Shown here piece by piece: positions 44,087-55,689 of a stretch of 64,000 bases of DNA. Each line of letters begins with the position of its first letter. Within the stretch, counting starts at the first letter, position 1. The position numbers were made by a program, and so were the translations under genes. The DNA lies in assembly GCA_963818475.1 (NCBI GenBank), contig CAWFSF010000006.1:2112001-2176000 (forward strand), written 5' to 3'. The notes under the pieces were generated by a model. The model ran no database searches, was not told where the DNA came from, and saw only the letters and a program-made list of their open reading frames with translations. The DNA is from Nitrospirota bacterium. GTDB taxonomy: Bacteria > Nitrospirota > UBA9217.

Positions 44087-44722
44087 TTGCGTTCAATGGA
44101 CAGTACATCTTTCTTAAAAGGGCTGGCTATAGGTTTCGTGATCGCCGCACCCCTGGGGCCCATCGGCATACTATGCGCGCGACGGACGCTGACGCACGGG
44201 CGGCGAGCAGGTTTCTACTCCGGCATGGGCGCATCGACGGCAGACGTGCTCTACGGCTTTATCGCTGCCTTCGGACTTACGTTCTTATCTGACTTTCTCT
44301 CCAGCTATCAGTTCTGGTTCAGGCTTGCAGGCGGAGCGATCTTGTGCTTCCTCGGCGTCAAAACATTCACTGAACATCCGCCGGAGAGCAACGACGTTCC
44401 TTCACCATTGAACAAGGAAAGACGTCACACCAAAATGTATAGCTCCACGTTCCTCCTTACACTGACGAATCCCATGACCATCCTTTCTTTGGCCGCGGTC
44501 TTTGCCGGGTTCGGGATCACCGGCACCAGAGGGAGTGTCCTCTCCGCGGCAGTTCTGATTCTGGGAGTATTTCTGGGCTCAGTGCTCTGGTGGCTGTTTC
44601 TTGTCGGGGTGTTCAGTGTCTTCAAGCGACGCTTCAAACGGCACGAATTGCTGTGGATCAACAGGATCGCGGGCCTGATCATTACGATCTCCGGCGTGTT
44701 GGCGCTCATCAGCCTGTTATAA
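44087..44722 (+). CDS. LysE/RhtB-family exporter
   Basis: APLGPIGILC, TLTNPMTI and GVFLGSVLWW motifs. Confidence 0.9.
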   Translation: MRSMDSTSFLKGLAIGFVIAAPLGPIGILCARRTLTHGRRAGFYSGMGASTADVLYGFIAAFGLTFLSDFLSSYQFWFRLAGGAILCFLGVKTFTEHPPESNDVPSPLNKERRHTKMYSSTFLLTLTNPMTILSLAAVFAGFGITGTRGSVLSAAVLILGVFLGSVLWWLFLVGVFSVFKRRFKRHELLWINRIAGLIITISGVLALISLL

Positions 44723-44887
44723 TGCAATTGCGGAGCACCGTATCGCGGGAACGTTTCAACTGTTTAATTCCGTTAGGATGGCAGTGTATCGCCAGGACCT
44801 ATAAATTTTACACCCATCTTCCCGCCCACTCTATAAAGAACAACAATTAGACTTCCCCCTGCATATGCTTTATGGTAATCATGCAAT

Positions 44888-45024
44888 TTTGATGGACTCG
44901 CAATAATTCGGATTTTAACCGCGGAGACGCTGAGACGCAGAGAAAGTCTTTAATATTTCAAGGTGCCTTCCTCTGCGCCTCCGCGTCTCGGCGGTGGATA
45001 ATGACTTTTTACGAATGTATCAAT
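44888..45024. repeat. MITE-like element with related TIRs enclosing a 9-mer palindromic repeat
   Basis: TTTGATGGACTCGCAATAATTC ... GACTTTTTACGAATGTATCAAT around CGCGGAGACGCTGAGACGCAGAG / CTCTGCGCCTCCGCGTCTCGGCG. Confidence 0.65.
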
Positions 45025-45085
45025 TTTGTTGGGATAGCTTCCCGGTCTCAGGAAAAACTACTTTTTTTCATCTCTGGGAGGAACA

Positions 45086-45190
45086 ATGCTCTATCGTCTC
45101 GTAGTAACGCTGCGTATCGCAAAAGCTGTGGTCATCGGTATTCTGACCCTCGGTCTTGTGATCTCGGCATCACTGTTGTTCGCTGCGTAG
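45086..45190 (+). CDS. 34-aa hydrophobic single-TM micropeptide
   Basis: GGGAGG RBS; MLYRLVVTLRIAKAVVIGILTLGLVISASLLFAA*; directly upstream of the methyltransferase. Confidence 0.5.
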   Translation: MLYRLVVTLRIAKAVVIGILTLGLVISASLLFAA

Positions 45191-45224
45191 CTTTAAGGAA
45201 TTAAGCCAAGGGGGGAGTAAGACT

Positions 45225-46025
45225 GTGAAGAGGATCGACGTAACGCTGAAAGAGGTAAGGGGAGTATATTCAGGTCCTGAAGGGCAGCTCTGGGAAATGA
45301 TCATGGGCGAGCAGATCCACGTAGGCGGATTCGCGTCATCCATGGCGCTGGCGCAGAAGGCCGGGATCAGGGAAGGCCAGAAGGTCCTCGATCTCTGCAG
45401 CGCGCTCGGTGCTGGCTTGCGGTTCCTGGTCAAAAACTTCAAGGTGCAGGGCTACGGCCTTGATGCCACGCAGCACATGGTCGAAGAAGCCGACAGGCGC
45501 TGCAAACGCGACGGCATGGACGGGTCCATCGAAATGAAACTGGGCGACGTTACCAGTATTCCCTGGGACGCGTCCACTTTTGATGTTGTCTGGGGCGAGG
45601 ATGCATGGTGCTATGTGACTGACAAGGACAGGCAGATCGCCGAGGCTGCACGGGTGCTCAAAAAGGGAGGCACCATTGCTTTTACCGACTGGGTGGAGGG
45701 TCCCAAAGGCCTGATCGACGTTGATGCTGAACGCATCGAACGCTTCATGAAATTCCCCTACATGGAAAGCCAAAAAGGATATGAAGCGCTGCTCAAGAAG
45801 CACGGCTTTACCGTGACCGTATCGGAAGATCTTACACCTGACTTCGCTGACCACATCCAGCTCTACATCGACATGCTCACCAAGCAGCTCACCTTCGACG
45901 CCCTGCGCATCATCAACTGGGACATGAACCTGATGCAGGCCATGGGCGGAGAGATGATGTTCATGCTCGAAAAGGCGCGCGCGGGAAATTTCGGCAGGAC
46001 CAGGATCGTGGCTGTAAAGGGATAG
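45225..46025 (+). CDS. SAM-dependent methyltransferase (sarcosine/DMG N-methyltransferase-like)
   Basis: GEQIHVGG, VLDLCSALG, FDVVWGEDAWC and RVLKKGG..AFTDW motifs. Confidence 0.85.
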   Translation: MKRIDVTLKEVRGVYSGPEGQLWEMIMGEQIHVGGFASSMALAQKAGIREGQKVLDLCSALGAGLRFLVKNFKVQGYGLDATQHMVEEADRRCKRDGMDGSIEMKLGDVTSIPWDASTFDVVWGEDAWCYVTDKDRQIAEAARVLKKGGTIAFTDWVEGPKGLIDVDAERIERFMKFPYMESQKGYEALLKKHGFTVTVSEDLTPDFADHIQLYIDMLTKQLTFDALRIINWDMNLMQAMGGEMMFMLEKARAGNFGRTRIVAVKG

Positions 46026-46058
46026 TATCCGCACAAGGAACGCGTGTAAACACTGACC

Positions 46059-46143
46059 ACCCTCTCCCACCCCCTCCATCAAGGGAGGGGCATATTTTAT
46101 TAAGTAATCCTCTCCCCTCGCGGGAGAGGGCTGGGTGAGGGGG
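46059..46143. repeat. REP-like CCCTCTCCC/GGGAGAGGG palindromic pair
   Basis: Second half is nearly identical to 1940-1974. Confidence 0.7.
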
Positions 46144-46223
46144 AATGTTTTCTATAACAGGACCCTTCTTAACAGGAGCACGTTGGCGCTTGCATCCAAT
46201 GATGGACTACCGTATATTATCCC

Positions 46224-47327
46224 ATGCGCAAAGCATCCTTGATCCGTACAGCCTGTGACGCAAAGCATATCGCAGAACTCGAAGCGCTCCGTCAGCACCG
46301 GTCATCAGGCGGGAAAGTGGCGGGATATACCTGCCATGCGTTCCCGGCCGCGGTCCTTGCCGGACTGGGCCTGTGGCCTGCACGCATCCTCTGCGACTCC
46401 TCGGCTGACGCTGAAAGCGCAGGCGAAAAGGTGGTCCGACCGGACGTCTGTCCCCTGGTCAAGACCCTGCTCGGGAACGTTGCGGAAAAGCGAGGGCTCC
46501 ATGCCCAGGTGGACCTTTGGATCGGCCTTTCGACCTGCGACCAGATGCGCCGGGGCATGCACAGCCTTTCCGAACATCTTGCCTGCGAAGTGCACCCCAT
46601 CCAACTCCCCGCGACCCGAACACCGGAATCGGCAGACTACTACGTTGATCAGGTAAAGCGGGTTGCGGCAGACATCGAAACGCGCCACGGGCTGAGCTTT
46701 GACGCGAACGCAGCAGAACAATGGCATCGGGACCGTTACAAAGCAGCAGCAGTTCTCTCCCTGGCTGCCCGGTCAGGCAGGGTATCTCCACTCGATTTGC
46801 ACAACATGTTCCATGTCTTCTTCATGGCCCGGCCGAAAGGGCTGGCAGAATTCTTTTCCGGGCTGATCGCATCATCCAGGCCGTTTGAGGGAACAAAGAC
46901 CGTGGTACTCAGCGGCGGACCGCTCACTCGTGAGGACACAGCGCTACTCGAAGAGCTGGAAGAACGGGGCTATACCGTGCTTCCGCTCAACTGCACCGGT
47001 TTGAACGCCGTAGAGAGCGAAGGTCAAACGCGGGCGGGCAAAAATCTGATCGAATCGCTGGCCCTTGCAGCCTTTGGCATGCCAACCTGCACCAGGTCGC
47101 GGCCGAATACTGCTGTCTACACCCGGATCGGTGAGACGCTCAAAACATCGGGAGCAACCGGCCTGATCGTCAAGACCCTCAAGTTCTGCGACCACTGGTA
47201 CACGGAGCGCGAACGGCTGCGCAGGTCCTTTGGCGTGCCGGTGCTGGTCTTTGACTCGGATTACGCAGAAGGCGGACGGGAACGGATCTTGAGCAGGATC
47301 GATGCGTTTCTGGAAACACTGGAGTAA
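46224..47327 (+). CDS. 2-hydroxyacyl-CoA dehydratase (HgdB/FldB, HGD-D) family Fe-S protein
   Basis: GYTC, DVCPLVK, STCDQMRR, KFCD and RIDAFLE motifs. Confidence 0.88.
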   Translation: MRKASLIRTACDAKHIAELEALRQHRSSGGKVAGYTCHAFPAAVLAGLGLWPARILCDSSADAESAGEKVVRPDVCPLVKTLLGNVAEKRGLHAQVDLWIGLSTCDQMRRGMHSLSEHLACEVHPIQLPATRTPESADYYVDQVKRVAADIETRHGLSFDANAAEQWHRDRYKAAAVLSLAARSGRVSPLDLHNMFHVFFMARPKGLAEFFSGLIASSRPFEGTKTVVLSGGPLTREDTALLEELEERGYTVLPLNCTGLNAVESEGQTRAGKNLIESLALAAFGMPTCTRSRPNTAVYTRIGETLKTSGATGLIVKTLKFCDHWYTERERLRRSFGVPVLVFDSDYAEGGRERILSRIDAFLETLE

Positions 47328-47539
47328 AAACAGTTAACCACGGAGTCACGGAGGCACGGAGGAAAGCTGAGAGAATCAAAAGCTTTAAGCTTTTGTTTTA
47401 AAACCAAGGCTAAGGCTCTTGACCCTCTCAGCCTCAACGCCGTTCTCCGTGCCTCCGTGTCTCCGTGGTGAAAAAGGTTTGCGTTTGTTCAGGGTTTTGA
47501 TCTTCTCTGTGTCTCTGTGCCTCTGTGGTGAAGGCCTTT

Positions 47540-50140
47540 ATGTTCAACGAAGTAAAAAAAATAAGCGTCATGGAATGGGAAGAGCGCATGCCGCAGGTAC
47601 CCGAAGCGTACCGGCAGCAGTGCACGGTCCTGCGCTCCCTCGTGCCCGGCGGCGTCCGCTACCTATTCAGCCCCTACGAATATTCCTGCCGTGGCGATAC
47701 GCTTCTGAGACGGCTCAAGTTCGACTCATCGCTCGCAGCACTCCGGCTCTGGGCCTTTATCTTCAGCGAAAAGGACCGATTGTTCCTTGCCAAGGAAAAA
47801 GGCTGGAAGATCTTTGCCGCCATGAAGGACCTTGGCCCTGTGCCGGTGCTGTCCTATGCCGTACCCGAGTCCATCACCTTTTATGCTGACGAATTGTGGT
47901 GGGCGCCCTGCTTTGCCGAAGAATCGCATCTTCTGGACGAAGCAGCCAGGCTTGGTGCAGGCGACGAACTCTGCTTTGTGCGCGCTGCGCTCGGTGCCAT
48001 GAAGACGCTGGACTACTTCCCTGCGCCGGACCTTTGTATTGCCGGTGTAGGCGCCTGCTGTGACGACTTCTCCGCGGTCATGCAGCTTATCGAGGCCGAG
48101 GGCTACGCAACCCATTGGTGGGAGATGGCTGAGCGCTTTGATCCATCGACGGCGATCATCACGGAAAAGTTTCTGCACACGTCTGCAGGGAGTTCCCCAT
48201 ACTTGGAGTCAGCCCGGATCTTTGTGGCAACCCAGCTTAAGGGCGTGGTGCGCAGATTGGAAGAAGTGAGCGGAAAAACGATCACCGAAGCCATGCTCAG
48301 GAAGAGCCGCGACCAATCCAACGCGATCAGGAGCCGCATAAGCGAGCTGCGCGACCTCGTCTATGGCGCGAAACAGCCGCCCTTGCCCGGGCTTGAGATG
48401 CTGCTTGCGGAGTTCATTGCTCCCCATGCCTGTTCCGATCCTGATGAAGCTGTTGCGGTCCTTGACGAGCTTTTGAAGACCGTGCGCGACAGGCTTGCAA
48501 AGAAGCTCTCCCCGCTCTCAGCCGACCCCTTGCGGGTCTTCTGGGCAACTCCTCCCACGGACGCTGCGCTCATCAACCTGCTCGAAGACCTGGGCGGCTG
48601 CATTGCCGGCACCGAGTACATGATCAGCCATTCCTTTCTTAAGATCGCTGAGAACATATCCGTCATCGACGCGGTTGCCGAGAACTGCATGGACGATCCC
48701 ATGACCGGCTCGGCAGCCTTCCGCGCCAGACGGATCATTGAAGGAGCAAAAAAATACGGGGCCGAAGGCATCATCATCTCAGGCATCTCGGGAGCCAGCC
48801 ACTGCGCTTTTGACGAGACCGCTATTACTGCCGCAGTCGAGACCGAACTGAACATCCCGGTGCTCTCGTTCGACGTACCTTATTCACCCGGCAGGCTGAA
48901 CGAACAGGTGGTAACGCGGATGCAGGGCTTTATGGAACTCCTGCGCCAGCGGAGAAATCCATCAGGCTCGATCACGAGCATGCCGCTTGTTGATCAGCGC
49001 AGCAAACACGACGAGAGCCCCTCGGAATATTTCAGAAATTCCATGTCGCGCGAAGTGGACCTGGTGCGCGACGCCAAACGGTTGGGTAAAGGCGTGGTCG
49101 GCATTTACTGCGAGTTCACGCCGCGCGAACTGATCCTGGCTGCGAATGCCGTCCCGGTCTGCCTCTGCGGAGCCAGCAACCGCACCATCCCGCCGGCAGA
49201 GACCGTGCTCCCCTCCAACCTCTGCCCGCTGATTAAATCCTCGTTCGGCTACATCCTGACGAACCGCTGCCCTTTTTACCTCGTCACCGATCTGATCGTG
49301 GCAGAAACGACCTGCGACGGGAAAAAGAAGATGTACGAGCTGATCGCGGACAAGAAGCCCGTGCATATTCTGGAGTTGACCCAGAAAGTGAACGAAGAAG
49401 AGGCCTTCTCCCATTGGCGCTCGGAAGTCGAAAAACTGAAAAAGAAGCTTGAGACCACGTTCAAGATCACGATCGCCGAAAAAGACCTGAGGAACGCGAT
49501 CAAGGCGATGAACCACGAGCGCGAACTCCTGCGTGAGGCCTTTGCTCTGGGCAAGGAAGACCCGGCCATTGTGACCGGCAAGGAGCTCGCCGATCTCAGG
49601 TACCGCGTGGCCGGAGAACCGGGCCATCTGCGCATGCTCGAGGCCTTCATTGCCGAGGCACAGCAGCGAAAAAAGGCGGGCAAGTTCGTTGCAAAGAAAG
49701 GCGCGCCCCGGATCCTGATGACCGGCTGCCCCACTGCCCAGGAGACGACCAAGCTCATTGAAGTGATCGAAGAATGCGGCGCCATTGTCGTGGTACAGGA
49801 AACCTGTTCAGGCGTCAAGCCGCTGGAGGTGCAGGTTGAAGAAACCGGCGACCCGATCGAAGCCATTGCACGCAAATACTTCCAGCTCCCCTGCTCCTGC
49901 ATGACGCCCAATCTGGGCAGGACTGAGCTTATCGAAAAGCTGTCAAAGGAATACAAGGTGAATGCAGTGGTCGATCTTGTGTGGCAGGCCTGCCATACGT
50001 ACAATGTAGAGTCCTATCTGATAGACAAGTTCGTGCGCGAAAAGCTCGGCATGCCTTATATGAAGGTGGAGACGGATTATTCGGATTCGGACCGGGAACG
50101 GATCAAAGTCCGAATACAGACGTTGGTGGAGATGCTGTAG
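47540..50140 (+). CDS. Fusion of two HGD-D domains; C-terminal domain double-cubane (YjiM/DCCP)-type reductase
   Basis: N-domain LCFVRA, GACCDD, SHCA; C-domain GIYCEFTP, CLCG, NLCPLIKSS, TTCDGKKK, TCSG, PCSC, QACHTY. Confidence 0.88.
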   Translation: MFNEVKKISVMEWEERMPQVPEAYRQQCTVLRSLVPGGVRYLFSPYEYSCRGDTLLRRLKFDSSLAALRLWAFIFSEKDRLFLAKEKGWKIFAAMKDLGPVPVLSYAVPESITFYADELWWAPCFAEESHLLDEAARLGAGDELCFVRAALGAMKTLDYFPAPDLCIAGVGACCDDFSAVMQLIEAEGYATHWWEMAERFDPSTAIITEKFLHTSAGSSPYLESARIFVATQLKGVVRRLEEVSGKTITEAMLRKSRDQSNAIRSRISELRDLVYGAKQPPLPGLEMLLAEFIAPHACSDPDEAVAVLDELLKTVRDRLAKKLSPLSADPLRVFWATPPTDAALINLLEDLGGCIAGTEYMISHSFLKIAENISVIDAVAENCMDDPMTGSAAFRARRIIEGAKKYGAEGIIISGISGASHCAFDETAITAAVETELNIPVLSFDVPYSPGRLNEQVVTRMQGFMELLRQRRNPSGSITSMPLVDQRSKHDESPSEYFRNSMSREVDLVRDAKRLGKGVVGIYCEFTPRELILAANAVPVCLCGASNRTIPPAETVLPSNLCPLIKSSFGYILTNRCPFYLVTDLIVAETTCDGKKKMYELIADKKPVHILELTQKVNEEEAFSHWRSEVEKLKKKLETTFKITIAEKDLRNAIKAMNHERELLREAFALGKEDPAIVTGKELADLRYRVAGEPGHLRMLEAFIAEAQQRKKAGKFVAKKGAPRILMTGCPTAQETTKLIEVIEECGAIVVVQETCSGVKPLEVQVEETGDPIEAIARKYFQLPCSCMTPNLGRTELIEKLSKEYKVNAVVDLVWQACHTYNVESYLIDKFVREKLGMPYMKVETDYSDSDRERIKVRIQTLVEML

Positions 50141-50334
50141 GGACATTTTTCACGCGGAGACGCGGAGTTTGCGGAGACAAGCAACGCATTTACCTCACGC
50201 AAAGATCGCTCTGAAAGTTAAGTCATTTGATTCTAAGGCCAGCGCCTAATGTTTCCTTTGCGAGAGGCCGCTTTTAATATCTTTTTTCTCCGCGTCCTCC
50301 GCGCCTCCGCGAGAGACAGCTTTGAGGTTAAATC

Positions 50335-51111
50335 ATGGTCACCGCAGGTGTTGACATAGGCTCCCGATCCATCGAGATCGTCCTGACCGACGGCGCGCAG
50401 GTCATCGAAGCGCTCACCACGAACTCAGGCTCCGCTCCCACGGAGAACGCGAGGAAGGCCTTCGCCGACGCCCTTGCTTCCGCCGGCATCAAACGGCAGG
50501 AGGTGGTCAAGGTCATTGCGACCGGCTACGGCAGGAACTATTTCCCCGAAGCCGACGCGGTCTCGTCGGAGATCCTCTGTCATGCCCGGGGCGTGGCATA
50601 TCTGTTCCCGAACGCCCGCACCGTGATCGACATCGGAGGACAGGATTCGAAAATGATCAGCCTTGACGGCAATGGCAAGGTGTCCAACTTTGTCATGAAC
50701 GACCGTTGCGCAGCCGGTACCGGAAAGTTCATCGAGATGGTCGGGCTCATGCTCGACGTGCCGCTTGACCGCATGGGTCCGCTCACGGATACATCCCCAG
50801 AAGCCTGCGAGATATCGTCCATGTGCGCGGTCTTCGCCGAATCGGAGATCATCGGCCTGACCCAGAGCGGTACGGCCGTTGATGTGGTGCTGCGCGGAGT
50901 GTTTCGGTCCGTGGCGCGCAGAACGCTTGCCATGACCGGAAAGGTCGGCCTGGTGAAGGATGTTGTCTTTACCGGAGGAGTGGCAAGGAACGCCGGTGTT
51001 GTGCGGGCTTTGGAGCATGAGACCGGCATGCGGTTGTCCATCCCGCCTGACCCGCAGATTACCGGAGCACTGGGCGCAGCATTGGTGGCCGCGGATAAGG
51101 CAAAGGCATGA
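50335..51111 (+). CDS. ATP-dependent activase (HgdC/BcrAD, ASKHA-type [4Fe-4S] electron-transfer ATPase)
   Basis: GVDIGS, ATGYGR, IDIGGQDSK, MNDRCAAGTG, SMCAVFAESE and GGVARN motifs. Confidence 0.93.
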   Translation: MVTAGVDIGSRSIEIVLTDGAQVIEALTTNSGSAPTENARKAFADALASAGIKRQEVVKVIATGYGRNYFPEADAVSSEILCHARGVAYLFPNARTVIDIGGQDSKMISLDGNGKVSNFVMNDRCAAGTGKFIEMVGLMLDVPLDRMGPLTDTSPEACEISSMCAVFAESEIIGLTQSGTAVDVVLRGVFRSVARRTLAMTGKVGLVKDVVFTGGVARNAGVVRALEHETGMRLSIPPDPQITGALGAALVAADKAKA

Positions 51112-51188
51112 TCTGAAGTTTTAAGCTCCTGCATTACACGCCCTCGCATGACTCCTCAGCGTCAAAGGTTATTTGCCTTTTTCTCGGA

Positions 51189-52430
51189 TCACAAAAACTC
51201 CTCATAGTAGTCCAGATCCTTATGGAACGTCTCTTCCAGAAAGGCCAGAGCGATGAACGCGGCGATCACGCAGATGGCGCCGACGGCAAGTGCACCGCCT
51301 TCCAGGCCCAGGTACTGGCGGAATAGCTGGAACAGCAGCGTGATGGGCACCACCATGCCGCGCACGAAATTGGGCACGGTCGTGGCGACCGTGGCGCGCA
51401 GGTTCGTGCCGAACTGCTCTGCCGCAACGGTCACGAAGATGGCCCAGTAGCCGCCGGCAAAACCGAGCACGAGGCACACGCCGTAGAAGAATGCAGGACT
51501 CCTGCTCCCTTGCAGAAAGTAAAGGGCGATGGCTGCCATGGTCAGGAGAATGAACAGGAGGACCACCTTTTTCCTGCTCTTCAGCACCTGGCTCAGAAGG
51601 CCGCTCGAAAGATCTCCGAAGACCAGCCCGAGGTAGCAGAACATGACCGCGTTCCCCGCGGAGACGGGCCCGGTCGTGCCGAATGTTTTGGCGAATTCCG
51701 GCGAAAAGGTGATCAGGATAGCGACGACGAACCAGATGGGGACGCCGATCAGGATCGAGTTAAGATAACGGAAAAACCGTTTGCGGTCCGAAAAGAGCGC
51801 AAGCAGGTTGCCCCTGCTGATGCGGGATTTCTTGTTCATGGCGCGGAACATGCCCGACTCGGCCACACTGATACGCGCAATGAGCAGCAGGAGGCCGAGC
51901 ACGCCTCCGATGATGAATGCGTTCCGCCAATCATAGCTTTTCGCGATAATGTTCGCGAGTATGGCGCCGGAAACGCCCACCGAGGCCACGAGCATGGTGC
52001 CGTAACCCCTGACGCTGGTATGCAGGACCTCGGCTACCAGGGTAATGCCCGCCCCCAGCTCTCCTGCCAGGCCGATACCGGCGATGAAGCGCAGGGTTGC
52101 GTAGGCGGGAAGAGAGGAGGCCATGCCGTTCGCGATGTTTGCAATGGAATACAGAAAAATGGATCCGAACATGATCTTGAGCCGTCCCTTGCGGTCGCCC
52201 AGCACGCCCCAGATGATCCCGCCGATCAACATGCCGGCCATCTGCATATTCAGAAGAAATACGCCGTAGTCGGTCACATCCCTGCCGGTCAAACCAAGCG
52301 ACTGGAGGCTCGGCACGCGAACGATGCTGAACAGTACCAGGTCGTAGATGTCCACGAAATAACCGAGGGCCGCGACAATGACGGGCAGGCTGAAGATATG
52401 GCGGAAATGACCACCGGCTTTCTGCTCCAC
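51189..52430 (-). CDS. MFS transporter
   Basis: LGYFVDIYD, GVLGDRKGR, GLAGELG and EQFGTNLRAT motifs; GTG start after GGAGG. Confidence 0.9.
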   Translation of the reverse strand: MEQKAGGHFRHIFSLPVIVAALGYFVDIYDLVLFSIVRVPSLQSLGLTGRDVTDYGVFLLNMQMAGMLIGGIIWGVLGDRKGRLKIMFGSIFLYSIANIANGMASSLPAYATLRFIAGIGLAGELGAGITLVAEVLHTSVRGYGTMLVASVGVSGAILANIIAKSYDWRNAFIIGGVLGLLLLIARISVAESGMFRAMNKKSRISRGNLLALFSDRKRFFRYLNSILIGVPIWFVVAILITFSPEFAKTFGTTGPVSAGNAVMFCYLGLVFGDLSSGLLSQVLKSRKKVVLLFILLTMAAIALYFLQGSRSPAFFYGVCLVLGFAGGYWAIFVTVAAEQFGTNLRATVATTVPNFVRGMVVPITLLFQLFRQYLGLEGGALAVGAICVIAAFIALAFLEETFHKDLDYYEEFL

Positions 52431-52605
52431 AAGATCCTCCAAAGTATTCGGGGTTAAAAAAGAATGCTCAGCCAATGCATGGCTGAGCATTGCTCAGGAC
52501 TGTATCAGAATTTTGTCCATCCTGCAACTGAATGTAAAAATCCGGCAGCTGAGCCAAAAAGCTCTTGAACGGGTTGGAGTTCGCGGCAGGTAAGCAGTCA
52601 CCCTT

Positions 52606-52992
52606 TTACAGAAGATAGGGTTTGATAAGGGTATAAGCTGTCAGGCTGATACTGATGGCAGCGGTCGCCCAGAGTATGATCTTGTTCTTTCGCGGCACCA
52701 CGCAGCCGGCGTGATAGGTCTTGTAGAACGAATATGCCAGCAGGCTGGTGGTGGTCGCAACGAAGTACCAGCGGTAATGCGCCATCCAGCTTCCGATCGC
52801 TACGCTGCCCAGGCCAAGACCGGCCAGGATAATATTGATGTTTCAGACGAGGAAGCCCATGAAGGCGGACGAGACAGCGCCGGTGCCTGCGGCCGTGGTT
52901 TTTCCCAGGCCCCTGGGCTTCATGTCGAGGCGGCACATGGGGCCCTGCGGCTCGGTGGCACTTTTTTGCATCGTGATCTTCATCGGTTCCAT
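52606..52992 (-). CDS. MerT-like membrane selenoprotein (TGA 52843-52845)
   Basis: Readthrough gives GAVSSAFMGFLV-U-NINIILAGLGLGSVAIGSWMAHYRWYFVATTTSLLAYSFYKTY..KIILW.., a MerT-like 3-TM pattern; hairpin 14 nt after the UGA. Confidence 0.8.
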
Positions 52993-53203
52993 GGGCATTC
53001 TCCCTGTCAGTATCAAGTGATCTTTAATAACTGCAACCTGCCATTCCCGCACATAGTAACCAAATCATCCTTTTCTGTCAATATGAACCATCGGACGGGT
53101 GCCACCTCCTCGCTTGATTTTCCCGAACATTTGCGTTATGCTTTCACTACGTTGCCTGAGCAAGCTTCCCACACCTTGCAATAATCATTCGGAGATCGAC
53201 GTC

Positions 53204-53989
53204 ATGCGCGGATCATTTCTGGTACTTCCCCTGCTGCTCTTTCTGGCGCCACCGGCGTTCGGCCACGAGACCACCGCGACCTCCGCAGACATTGCGCTTG
53301 ACGATAAGCTCGGACAATACATTCCCGCAGATGCGAACTTTTACGACGAGAGCGGCACCCAGGTGAACCTCAGGACCATGATCGACAAGCCCACGATCAT
53401 CGCGCCGGTCTATCTGGGCTGCATGCATGAATGCCCCATGCTTCTGACCGGCCTTGCCGGGGTGCTCGGCAAACTCGAAATGATCCAGCCGGGCAGGGAT
53501 TTCAAGGTCATCACGCTCAGCTTCGATGACAAGGACACGCCGGCCATAGCCCTCGACAAAAAAAGAAATTACCTCAAGGCCATCGGCAAGCCCTTCCCTC
53601 CGCAGGACTGGCCGTTTTTGACCGGCGACAGCGAGAGCATTAAAAAGTTCACCGATGCCATCGGCTTCAAATTCCAGCGGGACAGCGAACATGATTTTTC
53701 CCATCCCATCACGCTCGTGGTCATCGCACCCGGCGGCAAGATCGTCCGCTACCTCGAGGGAACCAGCTTCCTCCCTTTTGATGTGACCATGGCCGTGAAC
53801 GAGGCCGCCGAGGGCAAGGTCAGCTCTGCAGGACGGCGGGTGCTCATGTACTGCTTCAGCTACGACCCGCTTAAGAAATCCTATGTGTTCAATATCCTGA
53901 AAGTGGTCGGGACGGCAATGGTCCTCTTTGTCGGATCCTTCTTTGCGTACTTGATGATCACGACAAAGAAGAAACGAGGATCGGCATAA
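53204..53989 (+). CDS. SCO1/SenC-family copper chaperone
   Basis: YLGCMHECP CxxxC motif, FLTG and FSHP. Confidence 0.9.
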   Translation: MRGSFLVLPLLLFLAPPAFGHETTATSADIALDDKLGQYIPADANFYDESGTQVNLRTMIDKPTIIAPVYLGCMHECPMLLTGLAGVLGKLEMIQPGRDFKVITLSFDDKDTPAIALDKKRNYLKAIGKPFPPQDWPFLTGDSESIKKFTDAIGFKFQRDSEHDFSHPITLVVIAPGGKIVRYLEGTSFLPFDVTMAVNEAAEGKVSSAGRRVLMYCFSYDPLKKSYVFNILKVVGTAMVLFVGSFFAYLMITTKKKRGSA

Positions 53990-53990
53990 G

Positions 53991-55576
<1,586 letters not shown>

Positions 55577-55689
55577 GATCGTACAAGAGGAAAACAAGCG
55601 GGAAGGTATTTTCTTCTGAACCAGATCATACGTATTTAGTCGAGTCTTTCTCCGTGTCTCCGTGCCTCCGTGGTGAAAGTTAAGGTTTT

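Noticed and set aside
47337-47531. Short repeats as a CRISPR array
   Set aside because: Units are 9-nt imperfect tandems in inverted arrangement, with no constant repeat/unique spacer pattern and no cas genes in the window.
52598-52936. Track ORF of 112 aa (and 52843-53052) as separate genes or a frameshifted gene
   Set aside because: A single in-frame UGA readthrough product explains the region better and gives a coherent MerT-like protein.
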